Source of the DNA: Bacteroidota bacterium
GTDB taxonomy: Bacteria; Bacteroidota; Bacteroidia; Flavobacteriales_C; GCA-002722245
Length of the DNA stretch: 64,000 bases
Direction: 5' to 3'
NCBI GenBank assembly: GCA_026390935.1
Contig: JAPLEZ010000153.1
Span: forward strand, 73,984-137,983
Shown piece by piece: positions 9,543 through 19,285 of this stretch. Position numbers and translations under genes: made by a program. The notes below the pieces were generated by a model, which ran no database searches, was not told the DNA's origin, and was given only the letters and a program-made list of their open reading frames with translations. Numbering within the stretch: position 1 is the first letter of the stretch; each line of letters starts with the position of its first letter.

Positions 9543-12500
9543 ATGAGTAAAAAAGGTACTAGTATATTTTCGTTTGTTTTCCTGTTGATGTTTGCAAACT
9601 CGTTTGCGGGTGTGAATACTCCCTTTGAAAAATCGATAGGTTTTGGTGATGTGTTTAATCAAAGCGCTCGCTTCACAGAAAACAAAGGTCAGTTGAAACA
9701 TTACAAGATCGACTGGTCACAATGTGGAAATATTGTCTTTTACACCCAGTCGTTTGGTGGTACCGCGTATTTCGCCGAGAATGGAATTGGTTTTGGATTC
9801 ATCAAGGAAAACCTCGACCAGAAAAAACATCCTAAAAAGCTGGAGAGTGAAGAAGAGGAGGAAGAAAGATCTTATACAAGCACCGGATTTTTTTTAGAAT
9901 TTATAGGGAAAAATACAAATTCCCGAGTAGTTGGCGTTGGTAAACAAATTTCGAAATTCAATTATTACTGTGGTTCAAGTCACATCAGCGACGTGTCCAA
10001 TTACGATCAGGTGTTGTATGAAAATCTGTACAACAATATTGACTTGAAATATTACATGGGCAAGGGCCAGTTGAAATTCGATTACATTGTTAAGCCGGGT
10101 GCCGATATCAGTCAGATTCAATTGCAATACAACGGCATGAAAGAAGTGTCGGTGAATAAAAAAGGAGAGCTGGAAATTTTAACCAACTGGGGCATTTTAA
10201 TCGACAAAAAACCTTATTCCTACCAAATTATTAACGGTCAGCAAGTGCCGGTAAACATCACTTACAAAGAATATGAGAATGGCAGGATTGGTTTTGAAGG
10301 AAGCTACGATCACAGCATAGAATTGATCATTGATCCGCCAACATTAACATGGGCAACGCTGATAGGCGGACCTAATGGCGACGGTTATTTTTATGACATC
10401 ACTATGGATGAAAGTGGAAATATATATGGTACGGGGTGGTACAGTAATTCTTTTCCAAAAGTGAGTGCAGCTGATAATGTTAGTAATGGAGTTGAGCCTT
10501 TTGTTTTTAAACTTACACCCGATGGAACAACTTTGCTTTATGCTACTTTTTTAGGAGGAAATGCCAGCGGGAATGATGAAATAGGAACCGGCATCGCAGT
10601 AAATAAATTGGGAGAAGCTTTTGTGTGCGGACATACTACAAGCGCAGTGAGTTTTCCTACCGCAGGTAGTCCCGTGCAATCTGTAATTGCAGGCGGATTT
10701 GACATTTTTGCAGCAAAATTCAGTGCTACCGGGGCATTGATTTACTCTACTTTTTATGGAGCAACTGGTGATGACAGGGCTTATGCCATCGACATTGATG
10801 CGCTAAACAATGCATTTATTACCGGATATACCACTTCAACAAGCGGATTTGCAAGCGGCGGGGCTTTTCAAACGGTTCATGGTGGTGCAATGGATGCTTT
10901 TGTATTGAAATTAAACCCTGCCGGAAGCGCCGTTTTATTTTGTACTTATTTCGGAGGAACAGGCAATGATTTAGGAAGAGATATTGTGGTGGATTTAGCA
11001 GGCAGTCCATACATTGGAGGAGGAACAACATCGGCCACCGGAATTGCAAGTGTGGGTTCATACGACGCTACTCTTGGCGGCGATGTAGATGGTTTTGTGG
11101 CTAAGTTTAGTACCAACGGAGCATCAAGAATTTATGGAGCTTATGCTGGTGGGACCAATCAGGATAAGGTTGAATCGGTAGATGTTAAATGTAATGGAGA
11201 ACTGGTGATGTCGGGTTATACCCGTTCGGATTCCCCGTCTTTTGTAAGTGTAAATGCTATCCGGATGAATAATGCTGCGCCAGGCGGAGGTCCTCGTGAT
11301 GCTTTCATGCGCAGGGTTAGTCCCGATGGAAGCACCTTACTCAATTCAACCTTTATGGGTGTTTGGGGTGAGGATGCAACCAAAAACGGAGATCCTTTTG
11401 GGTTAACTGTACAACAAAGAGGGACTTCAGTTAGCGTGAACCGAAGAGGGAATATTGCAGTAGCATTTTGTACGGGAACAAATGGTCATCCTTTGGTTTC
11501 GCCTGTTCAGGCCACCGTTGGCGGAGGCGCTCCTGATTTAGGGGATGCGTATTGTTTTGTCACCGATTCATTGGGATCAAGTATTGTTTTTTCAACTTAT
11601 TTTGGAGGAACTCAAAACGATTATCCAACAGCAGGAGTAAAGTACCATCCTGTTAACGACCACATCTTTGTCATTGGAGGATCATCCCATTCTTTGAATG
11701 GTTCATTGCCATTGACACCCGGAACTTATTTAACCGCAGGAACTGGTACGGGGGATTATCCTTATGTGGTTTTATATACCAATGTTCCCTGTGAAATTAA
11801 AGTGGATCTCCCTCTTCCGGCTGCTGTGTGCAAAGGAGAAAACATGACTTTTTCGGCGGATACTTTATGTGGTGATAATGCACCTACTTTTCAATGGTTG
11901 GTGAATAATGTAGTGCAGGTGGGGGCAACAGCAAAAACTTTTACCACCAATACACTCAATAACAACGATGAGGTATGTGTTGTTTTTAGTAAAATAATTC
12001 CAGGTTGTTTTCCGGTGGTGGAAGACGATACTGCTTGTGTGAATGTGGTCATTAAACCTTTGCCGGTGGTGACTTTGGCCGATGATTCTATTTGTGCAGG
12101 TAAGAATGCTGTGATTGATGCAGGTACCGGTTTCGACGATTATTTATGGTCGAGTGGGGAAGCTACTTCCAGCATTACAAAATCAGTGGCGGGAACGTAT
12201 TGGGTAGAAGTCACGAAAAATGGCTGTAAAGACAGGGATGCCATGAATCTTTTGGAGCGACCGGTTTTATTTATTTTACCCGATTCTGCTAAAACCTGCA
12301 ATGTAAGTAACAGCGGTTATGTAGTTACTTTTAAAATTGGTGGAGGTGATCCAACATCTTATAAAGTTACGGGATTGGCAGGGACTTTAACAGGAAATTC
12401 TTTTACAAGCAATCTTATTACTTCCGGAAATTCTTTCTCTTTAATTGTTACCGACAAACACAATTGTGATACAGTAACCTTCAGCGGAACTTTATCCTGC

Positions 12501-14507
12501 GGATGTAATCCTGTAGTGACTTTAACATCGGATACCTTAATTTGTAAAGGCGCCAGCGCTCCAATTAAATTTAATTTGTCGGGAGCGGTTTCTCCTTACG
12601 ATGTAGTGTATACCGATGGCACGAGCAATTTTACCTTAACAGGAATTTCTGATGGATTTGTGCAAAATGTGAGTCCGGGAAGTACCACCGTTTACACTGC
12701 GGTTTCCATTACCGATAAGAACGGATGCACAGCTTTGTCAACAAACAAAATGACGGTTACTGTGGCTCCTGTTTTTCAGTTGCTGGTTTCTCCATCACAC
12801 GTTACTTGCTTTGGAGCGTGCAATGGTTCGGCGGAAGCTACGCCGTTAAATGGCGACGGACCCTATACTTACTTCTGGTCGCCGACACCTCCTTCCGGAC
12901 AAGGAACTGCCACTGCTTCGCAATTGTGTGCGGGAACTTATCAGGTTTTGGTAACCGATAAACATGGCTGTAAAGATTCTGTTTCACCTGTATTGATAGA
13001 GCCTCAAAAATTAAATTACACTTTGGATTCCACTGTGGCGCATTGTGGCCAGTCGGATGGAAGTGCTGGAATCACAGTTGTTTCAGGAGGAAACGCTCCT
13101 TTTGATTATCAGTGGGACAGCAAAACGGGCGCGCAGGTTACGCCAACAGCCAGCAACTTGAAACCCGGTGTTTATACGATAGTACTCACTGATAATAAAA
13201 ATTGCGTCACCACCGATTCTGTTGAGGTTTTGAATGTTCCAGCGGTTACTTTTTCATCAGTATTTACGAATCCATTATGTACTTCCGATTGTAATGGAAG
13301 CGCTGCGTTAAGTAATATTACCGGCGGTACGCGACCATTTACTTACACCTGGACGAGTCCGCTGGGTGTCACGCCAACTATCGTCGATTCCTCTGCATTG
13401 GCGATGTGCGCTGGAAATTACAAAGTGGTTTTAAAAGATAAATTCAACTGTAAAGATTCTACTACTTTTAATCTTGTTGATCCAACGCCGGTGCAAATTT
13501 CTGTGAGTCCATCTGTAAGAACTTGTGTAAGCATATCTCAGCAACTTACAGCGCTTGCTAATGGTGGAACTCCAAATTATAGCTACACTTGGTTGAATGA
13601 TGCAACTTTAAGCAGTACTGTCATTGCTAATCCTTTGGCCACTCCAGGAGGAATAAAAAAATATACGGTGAGCGCCAAGGATGTAAACAATTGTCAGTCG
13701 CCAAGTGTGTCTGTAGTTTTGATTTCAAATCCTTTGGCCGATTTTTCTTTTGATTCGGTTCCAGATTGTAATTCAGTTGAAGTTACTTTTACTAATACTA
13801 CAACAGCATCTACAGTAAATCATTCTTGTTCCTGGGATTTCGGCAATGCAACTACTTCAGCAATATGTGATCCTATTGTTGACTTTGCTCCTGGAAATTA
13901 TAGTGTGAAGCTTACTGTGACTGATGATAGTTCATGTGTAAATACTATAACGAAAAATTTATATCTCAAAACTCATGCGCTGCCAATTCCTGCATTTACA
14001 AGTGCACCGCAGCCAACCACTATTTATGATCCATTGATTTCCTTTGTAAATCTTTCTTCAGGCGCAAGTTCTTATTCATGGCATTTTGGAACTGGTGATA
14101 GTTCTAAGTTGATCAATCCGTATTACACCTATGCTGATACTGGTTCTTACAATGTTTGTTTGAGGGTTGTAAATTCTTTAGGCTGTTACAGAGATACCTG
14201 TTCCATTGTTCGAATAAATCCTGTTGTGTCTTTTTTTATTGCTAATGCTTTCACGCCAAACGGTGATAATGTAAATGACGATTTCAAACCTTTCATGACA
14301 GGATATGCTACTGACGATTACGAGTTTTTAATTTTCGATCGTTGGGGAGAATTGATTTTCAAAACAAATGATATTAATGCAGGATGGGATGGATCCTACA
14401 AGGGACAAACGGTGCAGAATGATGTATACGTGTGGAAGATAAGATCGCGTGAGGAGTATAACCACGATTTACATCACAGAATAGGGAGAGTTTCTGTGGT
14501 CAGATAA
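9543..14507 (+). CDS. Large T9SS type-B cargo (adhesin-like): SBBP beta-propeller, Ig/SprB/PKD repeats, gliding-motility-associated C-terminal domain
   Basis: Signal peptide; FTENKGQ N-domain; repeated YSTF(L/F)GG and DAFV.K units; SprB-type TC.G.CNGSA and PYTY.W; PKD WDFG/WHFG; ANAFTPNGDNVND, IFDRWGE, WDGSYKG CTD. Confidence 0.9.
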   Translation: MSKKGTSIFSFVFLLMFANSFAGVNTPFEKSIGFGDVFNQSARFTENKGQLKHYKIDWSQCGNIVFYTQSFGGTAYFAENGIGFGFIKENLDQKKHPKKLESEEEEEERSYTSTGFFLEFIGKNTNSRVVGVGKQISKFNYYCGSSHISDVSNYDQVLYENLYNNIDLKYYMGKGQLKFDYIVKPGADISQIQLQYNGMKEVSVNKKGELEILTNWGILIDKKPYSYQIINGQQVPVNITYKEYENGRIGFEGSYDHSIELIIDPPTLTWATLIGGPNGDGYFYDITMDESGNIYGTGWYSNSFPKVSAADNVSNGVEPFVFKLTPDGTTLLYATFLGGNASGNDEIGTGIAVNKLGEAFVCGHTTSAVSFPTAGSPVQSVIAGGFDIFAAKFSATGALIYSTFYGATGDDRAYAIDIDALNNAFITGYTTSTSGFASGGAFQTVHGGAMDAFVLKLNPAGSAVLFCTYFGGTGNDLGRDIVVDLAGSPYIGGGTTSATGIASVGSYDATLGGDVDGFVAKFSTNGASRIYGAYAGGTNQDKVESVDVKCNGELVMSGYTRSDSPSFVSVNAIRMNNAAPGGGPRDAFMRRVSPDGSTLLNSTFMGVWGEDATKNGDPFGLTVQQRGTSVSVNRRGNIAVAFCTGTNGHPLVSPVQATVGGGAPDLGDAYCFVTDSLGSSIVFSTYFGGTQNDYPTAGVKYHPVNDHIFVIGGSSHSLNGSLPLTPGTYLTAGTGTGDYPYVVLYTNVPCEIKVDLPLPAAVCKGENMTFSADTLCGDNAPTFQWLVNNVVQVGATAKTFTTNTLNNNDEVCVVFSKIIPGCFPVVEDDTACVNVVIKPLPVVTLADDSICAGKNAVIDAGTGFDDYLWSSGEATSSITKSVAGTYWVEVTKNGCKDRDAMNLLERPVLFILPDSAKTCNVSNSGYVVTFKIGGGDPTSYKVTGLAGTLTGNSFTSNLITSGNSFSLIVTDKHNCDTVTFSGTLSCGCNPVVTLTSDTLICKGASAPIKFNLSGAVSPYDVVYTDGTSNFTLTGISDGFVQNVSPGSTTVYTAVSITDKNGCTALSTNKMTVTVAPVFQLLVSPSHVTCFGACNGSAEATPLNGDGPYTYFWSPTPPSGQGTATASQLCAGTYQVLVTDKHGCKDSVSPVLIEPQKLNYTLDSTVAHCGQSDGSAGITVVSGGNAPFDYQWDSKTGAQVTPTASNLKPGVYTIVLTDNKNCVTTDSVEVLNVPAVTFSSVFTNPLCTSDCNGSAALSNITGGTRPFTYTWTSPLGVTPTIVDSSALAMCAGNYKVVLKDKFNCKDSTTFNLVDPTPVQISVSPSVRTCVSISQQLTALANGGTPNYSYTWLNDATLSSTVIANPLATPGGIKKYTVSAKDVNNCQSPSVSVVLISNPLADFSFDSVPDCNSVEVTFTNTTTASTVNHSCSWDFGNATTSAICDPIVDFAPGNYSVKLTVTDDSSCVNTITKNLYLKTHALPIPAFTSAPQPTTIYDPLISFVNLSSGASSYSWHFGTGDSSKLINPYYTYADTGSYNVCLRVVNSLGCYRDTCSIVRINPVVSFFIANAFTPNGDNVNDDFKPFMTGYATDDYEFLIFDRWGELIFKTNDINAGWDGSYKGQTVQNDVYVWKIRSREEYNHDLHHRIGRVSVVR

Positions 14508-14515
14508 AAAATATC

Positions 14516-14573
14516 TGAACCTTGATTGATTTAACCTTTAAAAGAAAATAAAGATAAAATCAATCAAGGTTCA
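14516..14573. terminator. Long hairpin between convergent genes (bidirectional terminator or repeat element)
   Basis: Perfect 17-bp arms tgaaccttgattgattt / aaatcaatcaaggttca. Confidence 0.6.
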
Positions 14574-14638
14574 TAAGAAATTGCAGAAACCTGTTCTGTA
14601 TAAAATACTTTGCCAGGTTCAATTGGTATAAAACGAAT

Positions 14639-15901
14639 TTACTTGTTCAGCACAATTTTCTGTTGAGAAATTCCTACTTCATTTCTAATGCTTACTACAT
14701 AAATGCCATTTGCGATTTCATCTTTCAATGAAATTTTTAAGTTCTTTTCAGTGAAAGAAAATGCTTTGTAAACAGTTTCTCCATCGAGGTTGGTGATGTT
14801 TATTTCTTTCACGGATGATGGATCATTGAGATAAATATTGAGTTCACCATCGGAAGGATTTGGATAGGGAATGAAAGCATTTTTTTGCTGGAGATTTTCA
14901 ATTTCAGTGGAAGAGCAATTCAGTGTTGTGAATAAAGTTGGAGATGCTTTAAGCCAGAAGGACGTGTTGATTTCGGCCAGCCATTTTGTTTTGATGGTGT
15001 TGCTGTTTTCTATTCTGGTGTCGCCCCAATTTTGTCCGGCCCACATGGATTGTCCGTTCCAGTTTGCATTGATATACGCCAATGCCTTTATCACATCTTT
15101 GTTGTTTTGAATATGCTGAAACAAAGGCGCAAACCAACCATTCCACGAATAACCCGAATTGATGATATCCCCTTGCGGAGTGGCTTCTGCAATCATTAAT
15201 GGTTTGTGATGTTTTCTGGCCAAGGCCATTTCGGGAACTCCCATGTTGGTGTATTTAAAATGTGAGTAGGCCATCCAATCTACGTAGTTATCGCCTGGAT
15301 ACCATTTTAATAAAGTGGTAGTGTCATTGGTGTAGCCCGAACTTTGCCATACATAGGCGCAGTTGGTGACTTCGTTTGCACGAAATTTATCTACTATTCT
15401 TTTGTAAGCTAATTTGTAATCGGCAGGATTGTAGTTGTTCCATTGACCATCATATTCGTAGCCGATGCGTAGGAAAACTGGTTGATTTCTGCTTTTGATC
15501 CAATCGCCCAATTGCTTGATCAATCCATCGCGCTGACCGCTGTTGATGGCGCTCAGTTCGTTTACCAAATACAAACCAATGGCCAGTACTGAATTACTGA
15601 AGTTACTGTTGTCGGTGATGCATTGTGCGCATATGTCGCCAGCACCGTAATTGGCAGTGGTGGTGAGTCCTTGCAGGTAAGGGAAATCGGTGTAAGTGGT
15701 AATTCCTGCGGGAGTGGGGCCTCCTACATTTTCCATGTAGCCATTGTTGTGAGAAGTAAATCCGCCAACAGATCCAAGATCTTGTCCGAGGATCAATAAA
15801 GCAGTGCCATTGGGCGGTTCAAATTTTGCGCATTGAGAGAATGCTGTTGCGCTAATCAAAAAGGTAGGCAACAGCAGGTAAAGTGATTTAAGGTTTAGCA
15901 T
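14639..15901 (-). CDS. Glycoside hydrolase family 26 (beta-1,3-xylanase/mannanase-like) with T9SS type-A CTD
   Basis: LGQDL, FLRIGYEYDG (acid/base Glu), WYPGDNYVDW, MIAEATP (nucleophile); YPNPS and GIYVV CTD; start ATG 15901 or TTG 15907. Confidence 0.88.
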   Translation of the reverse strand: MLNLKSLYLLLPTFLISATAFSQCAKFEPPNGTALLILGQDLGSVGGFTSHNNGYMENVGGPTPAGITTYTDFPYLQGLTTTANYGAGDICAQCITDNSNFSNSVLAIGLYLVNELSAINSGQRDGLIKQLGDWIKSRNQPVFLRIGYEYDGQWNNYNPADYKLAYKRIVDKFRANEVTNCAYVWQSSGYTNDTTTLLKWYPGDNYVDWMAYSHFKYTNMGVPEMALARKHHKPLMIAEATPQGDIINSGYSWNGWFAPLFQHIQNNKDVIKALAYINANWNGQSMWAGQNWGDTRIENSNTIKTKWLAEINTSFWLKASPTLFTTLNCSSTEIENLQQKNAFIPYPNPSDGELNIYLNDPSSVKEINITNLDGETVYKAFSFTEKNLKISLKDEIANGIYVVSIRNEVGISQQKIVLNK

Positions 15902-15977
15902 AGTCAATAGGTTTAGGTTGTGTTATTGTAATATATACACAAACTAAAAAATATATTTGAGAAAAGCAAATATATCA

Positions 15978-16084
15978 TCGCGCGCGTTTTCAGCGCAAGC
16001 GGATTTATTCAGGTATTGAAATGCCCAAAATAGTAAGCAATATAAATGCTAAGATAAATTCGCACGCGTTGAAAACGCGTGCGA
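15978..16084. repeat. Inverted pair of GC-rich palindromic REP-like units
   Basis: tcgcgcgcgttttcagcgcaagcggatttat (15978-16008) versus inverted ataaattcgcacgcgttgaaaacgcgtgcga (16054-16084); the second unit is itself a palindrome. Confidence 0.8.
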
Positions 16085-16101
16085 GGGGGGATGGAAAGAT
16101 C

Positions 16102-17280
16102 TTATTTAAAAGCAGGAATCCCGGTTATATCATTTCCGGTGATAAGTAGATGAATATCGTGAGTTCCTTCATAAGTAATCACCGATTCAAGGTTCATCAT
16201 ATGGCGCATAATAGGATATTCGCCTGTGATGCCCATGGCGCCATGAATTTGTCGAGCCTCACGTGCAATTTCCAAAGCCATATTCACATTGTTTCTTTTG
16301 GCCATAGAGATTTGTGCTGATGTGGCTTTGCCCTGATTTTTCAGAGTTCCCAATCTCCAGCACAAGAGCTGCGCCTTGGTGATTTCTGTAATCATTTCGG
16401 CTAGCTTTTTCTGTTGCAATTGAAATGAAGCAATAGGTTTTTCAAATTGCTGACGTTCCAACGAATAGCGCAAAGCCGAGTCGTAGCAGTCCATTGCGGC
16501 ACCAATGGCTCCCCATGCAATACCATATCTAGCTGAATCAAGGCAACCCAGAGGTGCGCCCAATCCATCTTTATTTGGTAAAATATTTTCCTTTGGAACT
16601 TTCACGTTATCAAAAACCAATTCTCCCGTAGCCGATGCACGAAGCGACCATTTGCCGTGTGTTTCAGGAGTAGAAAACCCTTTCATTCCACGTTCAACAA
16701 TAACGCCGGTGATTCTTCCTTTTTCATTTTTTGCCCATACCACAGCAATGTCGGCGAAGGGCGCGTTGGAAATCCACATTTTAGCACCATTCAATAAAAG
16801 GTGGTCGCCTTTGTCCTTTATGTTGGTCACCATTGCAGAAGGGTTAGAACCATGATCAGGTTCTGTCAATCCGAAGCAGCCCATCATTTCACCGCTAGCC
16901 AGTTTTGGTAAATATTTTCTTTTTTGTTCTTCCGATCCGTAGGCAAAAATTGGGTACATCACCAGAGAAGATTGAACGGAAGCCGTGGATCTGATTCCCG
17001 AATCACCGCGCTCCAATTCCTGCATGATGAGTCCGTAGGAAATGTGATCGAGTCCGGCACCGCCATATTCTTGTGGAATATAGGGTCCGAAAGCCCCAAT
17101 TTCGCCCAATCCTTTCAACAAATGTTTGGGGAATTGTGCTTTCTGGCAATAGTCTTCAATCACTGGAGATACTTCTTTGCTCACCCACTGCCGGGCAGCA
17201 TCTCGCACCATTTTTTGTTCATCGGTGAGTAGTTCGTCGATGTTGTAATAATCGCAGCCTTTAAATTGATTTTTGCTCAT
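16102..17280 (-). CDS. gcdH: Acyl-CoA dehydrogenase, glutaryl-CoA dehydrogenase type
   Basis: GCFGLTEPDHGS, GAKMWISN, LRASATG and TYEGTHDIH motifs. Confidence 0.88.
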   Translation of the reverse strand: MSKNQFKGCDYYNIDELLTDEQKMVRDAARQWVSKEVSPVIEDYCQKAQFPKHLLKGLGEIGAFGPYIPQEYGGAGLDHISYGLIMQELERGDSGIRSTASVQSSLVMYPIFAYGSEEQKRKYLPKLASGEMMGCFGLTEPDHGSNPSAMVTNIKDKGDHLLLNGAKMWISNAPFADIAVVWAKNEKGRITGVIVERGMKGFSTPETHGKWSLRASATGELVFDNVKVPKENILPNKDGLGAPLGCLDSARYGIAWGAIGAAMDCYDSALRYSLERQQFEKPIASFQLQQKKLAEMITEITKAQLLCWRLGTLKNQGKATSAQISMAKRNNVNMALEIAREARQIHGAMGITGEYPIMRHMMNLESVITYEGTHDIHLLITGNDITGIPAFK

Positions 17281-17368
17281 GTTGTTTCTTTCTTATAAAA
17301 TGAAGATACAGTTTTGTTGCAATTTCAATTATTTTGAGCCAAATAATTTTTTTACTTTTCCTGCTGAT

Positions 17369-17749
17369 ATGAAACAATTGAAAATTGTCTTTTCCGGAAC
17401 TGTGCTTGTTTTCATTCTTTGTGTTATCACATTGATGCAGGAATCTTGCTCCTATAATAAGATTGATGACAATAAGGTGGTGACTAATTTTTGTGATACT
17501 GCAAATGTTACGTACAATGGCAGTGTGAAAGCCATTATTGCATTGGAATGTGCGTATTCCGGATGTCATGATGCTACATTTGCCGGTGCTGATTTTAATA
17601 CTTACAATGGCTTGAAACCATATATTGATAATGGAAATTTTAAAACAAAGGTTTTTACAAATTCGAGTATGCCGCCCGGTGGATTTTCTAAGGCAGTGAA
17701 TAAAGACATTTTAAAATGCTGGCTCGATAATGGAGCAGCAAACAATTAA
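17369..17749 (+). CDS. Small lipoprotein with putative c-type heme motif (CxxxxCH and MPP)
   Basis: Lipobox ESC; CDTANVTY; CAYSGCH; SMPP (possible axial Met); WLDNGA.NN terminus; ATG 17369 preferred. Confidence 0.72.
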   Translation: MKQLKIVFSGTVLVFILCVITLMQESCSYNKIDDNKVVTNFCDTANVTYNGSVKAIIALECAYSGCHDATFAGADFNTYNGLKPYIDNGNFKTKVFTNSSMPPGGFSKAVNKDILKCWLDNGAANN

Positions 17750-17762
17750 AAAATATCTACAT

Positions 17763-18308
17763 ATGAAAAAATTTCTGCCAATAGTTTTAGTGGTTAGTGC
17801 GATACAAATGAGTGCTCAAACTTTTAAAAGCACATCCAGTAAAATTTCTTTTTTTTCAAAAACGCCAGTAGAAAACATTTCTGCCGTTAACACCACTTCT
17901 CAAAGTGCAATTGATACCAAGAAAAAATCAATATTGGTTTTGGTAAAAGTGATTGCCTTTAAATTTGAAAAGCCTTTGATGGAAGAGCATTTCAATGAAA
18001 AATATTTGGAAACTGACAAGTTTGCCGATGCGGTATTTAAAGGCACAATTACCAATCCTATTGATTTTACGAAAGATGGCGTATACACTGTGAAAGCTGA
18101 AGGAAATTTTACCATGCATGGCGTTACCAAAGCGCAAAAATTTGAAGGTACACTGGAAATTAAAAAAGGTAAAATGATTTTGCATTGCAAGTTCAACGTA
18201 AAATTGGCTGATTATAAAATTGAGGTTCCTTCAGTGGTTACCGAAAAAATTGCAGAGACAATTGAAGTGGACGTGAATTTCACCTACGAGCCATATAAAA
18301 AATCATAA
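17763..18308 (+). CDS. YceI family (polyisoprenoid/lipid-binding) protein
   Basis: Signal peptide; ISFFSKTPVENI, LMEEHFNEKYLE, G.FTMHGVT motifs. Confidence 0.9.
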   Translation: MKKFLPIVLVVSAIQMSAQTFKSTSSKISFFSKTPVENISAVNTTSQSAIDTKKKSILVLVKVIAFKFEKPLMEEHFNEKYLETDKFADAVFKGTITNPIDFTKDGVYTVKAEGNFTMHGVTKAQKFEGTLEIKKGKMILHCKFNVKLADYKIEVPSVVTEKIAETIEVDVNFTYEPYKKS

Positions 18309-18310
18309 AG

Positions 18311-19285
18311 ATGAGATTGAATTTCTTTTTAGCGTTGATGTTGTTTAGTTCTGTTACTGCTTTTGCTCAGGACACTTTAAAAGATGCTTTTGTTCAGGAT
18401 AGTTCAAAGAATTTTGCTGCAGACACTACCGGGCAAATTGATTTAATGGATATGCTGTCAGCAGATGTTCCCGACAACCCGAAGATTTTTGCCACATTTA
18501 AATCCACGTATTTGATTAACGCACAAACCAACGAAACTGTAAAGAAGTGAACTTTGGATTTTCGCATCACCCATCGTTTCGGTGATGTAGCTGGAGCAAG
18601 CGGAGGAGTTCATAATTTTTATGGATTTGATAACGCCAGCAATATTCGATTCTCTTTTGATTATGGTGTTACAGATCGTTTGCAGTTGGGATTTGGAAGG
18701 AGTAAGATCAGCGAAAATCTGGATTTTTCTGTCAAGTACAAATTTTTGGAGCAGCTTGAAAAACATTGTCCTTTGTCGATTATTGGTTATGCCAATACGG
18801 TACTAACACCTAAAAAGGATGTGAACAATGAGTTTTCTACTTTCACCAATCGAATGTCGTATTCTTATCAGTTGGTGCTCACCAGTAAAATCAGCAGAGA
18901 ATTATCCCTGGCGGTATTGCCCACTTATATTCACCGAAACATGATTCACGCAGCTACTAATTCAGCCAATGGTGCTGCGGAAACCAATGATCTTTTTTCA
19001 ATGGGTGTTATGGGGCGCATGAAAATAACACGTTCTTTAGCCGTGATTGCTGAGTACTTTTATACTTTTTCCGATTTTAGAAGTAACAATAGTGCCACTC
19101 CTTATTATATGCCATTGGGAGTTGGTGTTGAGATTGAAACTGGCGGACACGTATTTCAAATTAATCTCACCAACACCGGTGGAATTGTCAATCAGGATTT
19201 CATCCCTACTTCAGGCGACAGCTGGTTGAAGGGGCAGTATAAATTGGGCTTTACAATTTCAAGAGTTTTTGGTGTGCTGAGATAA
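18311..19285 (+). pseudogene. DUF5777-like outer-membrane beta-barrel gene interrupted by an in-frame TGA at 18548-18550
   Basis: ORFs 18311-18550 and 18554-19285 share one frame (ETVKK*TLDFRITHRFG); ATFKST, HRFG, IETGGHVFQ and GFTISRVF motifs of one protein. Confidence 0.75.

Noticed and set aside
18548-18550. Genome-wide TGA reassignment (genetic code 4 or 25)
   Set aside because: mreC, mreD, recJ, hemD, rlmN and ispB end in TGA at their expected C-termini, and no other gene shows an internal TGA.
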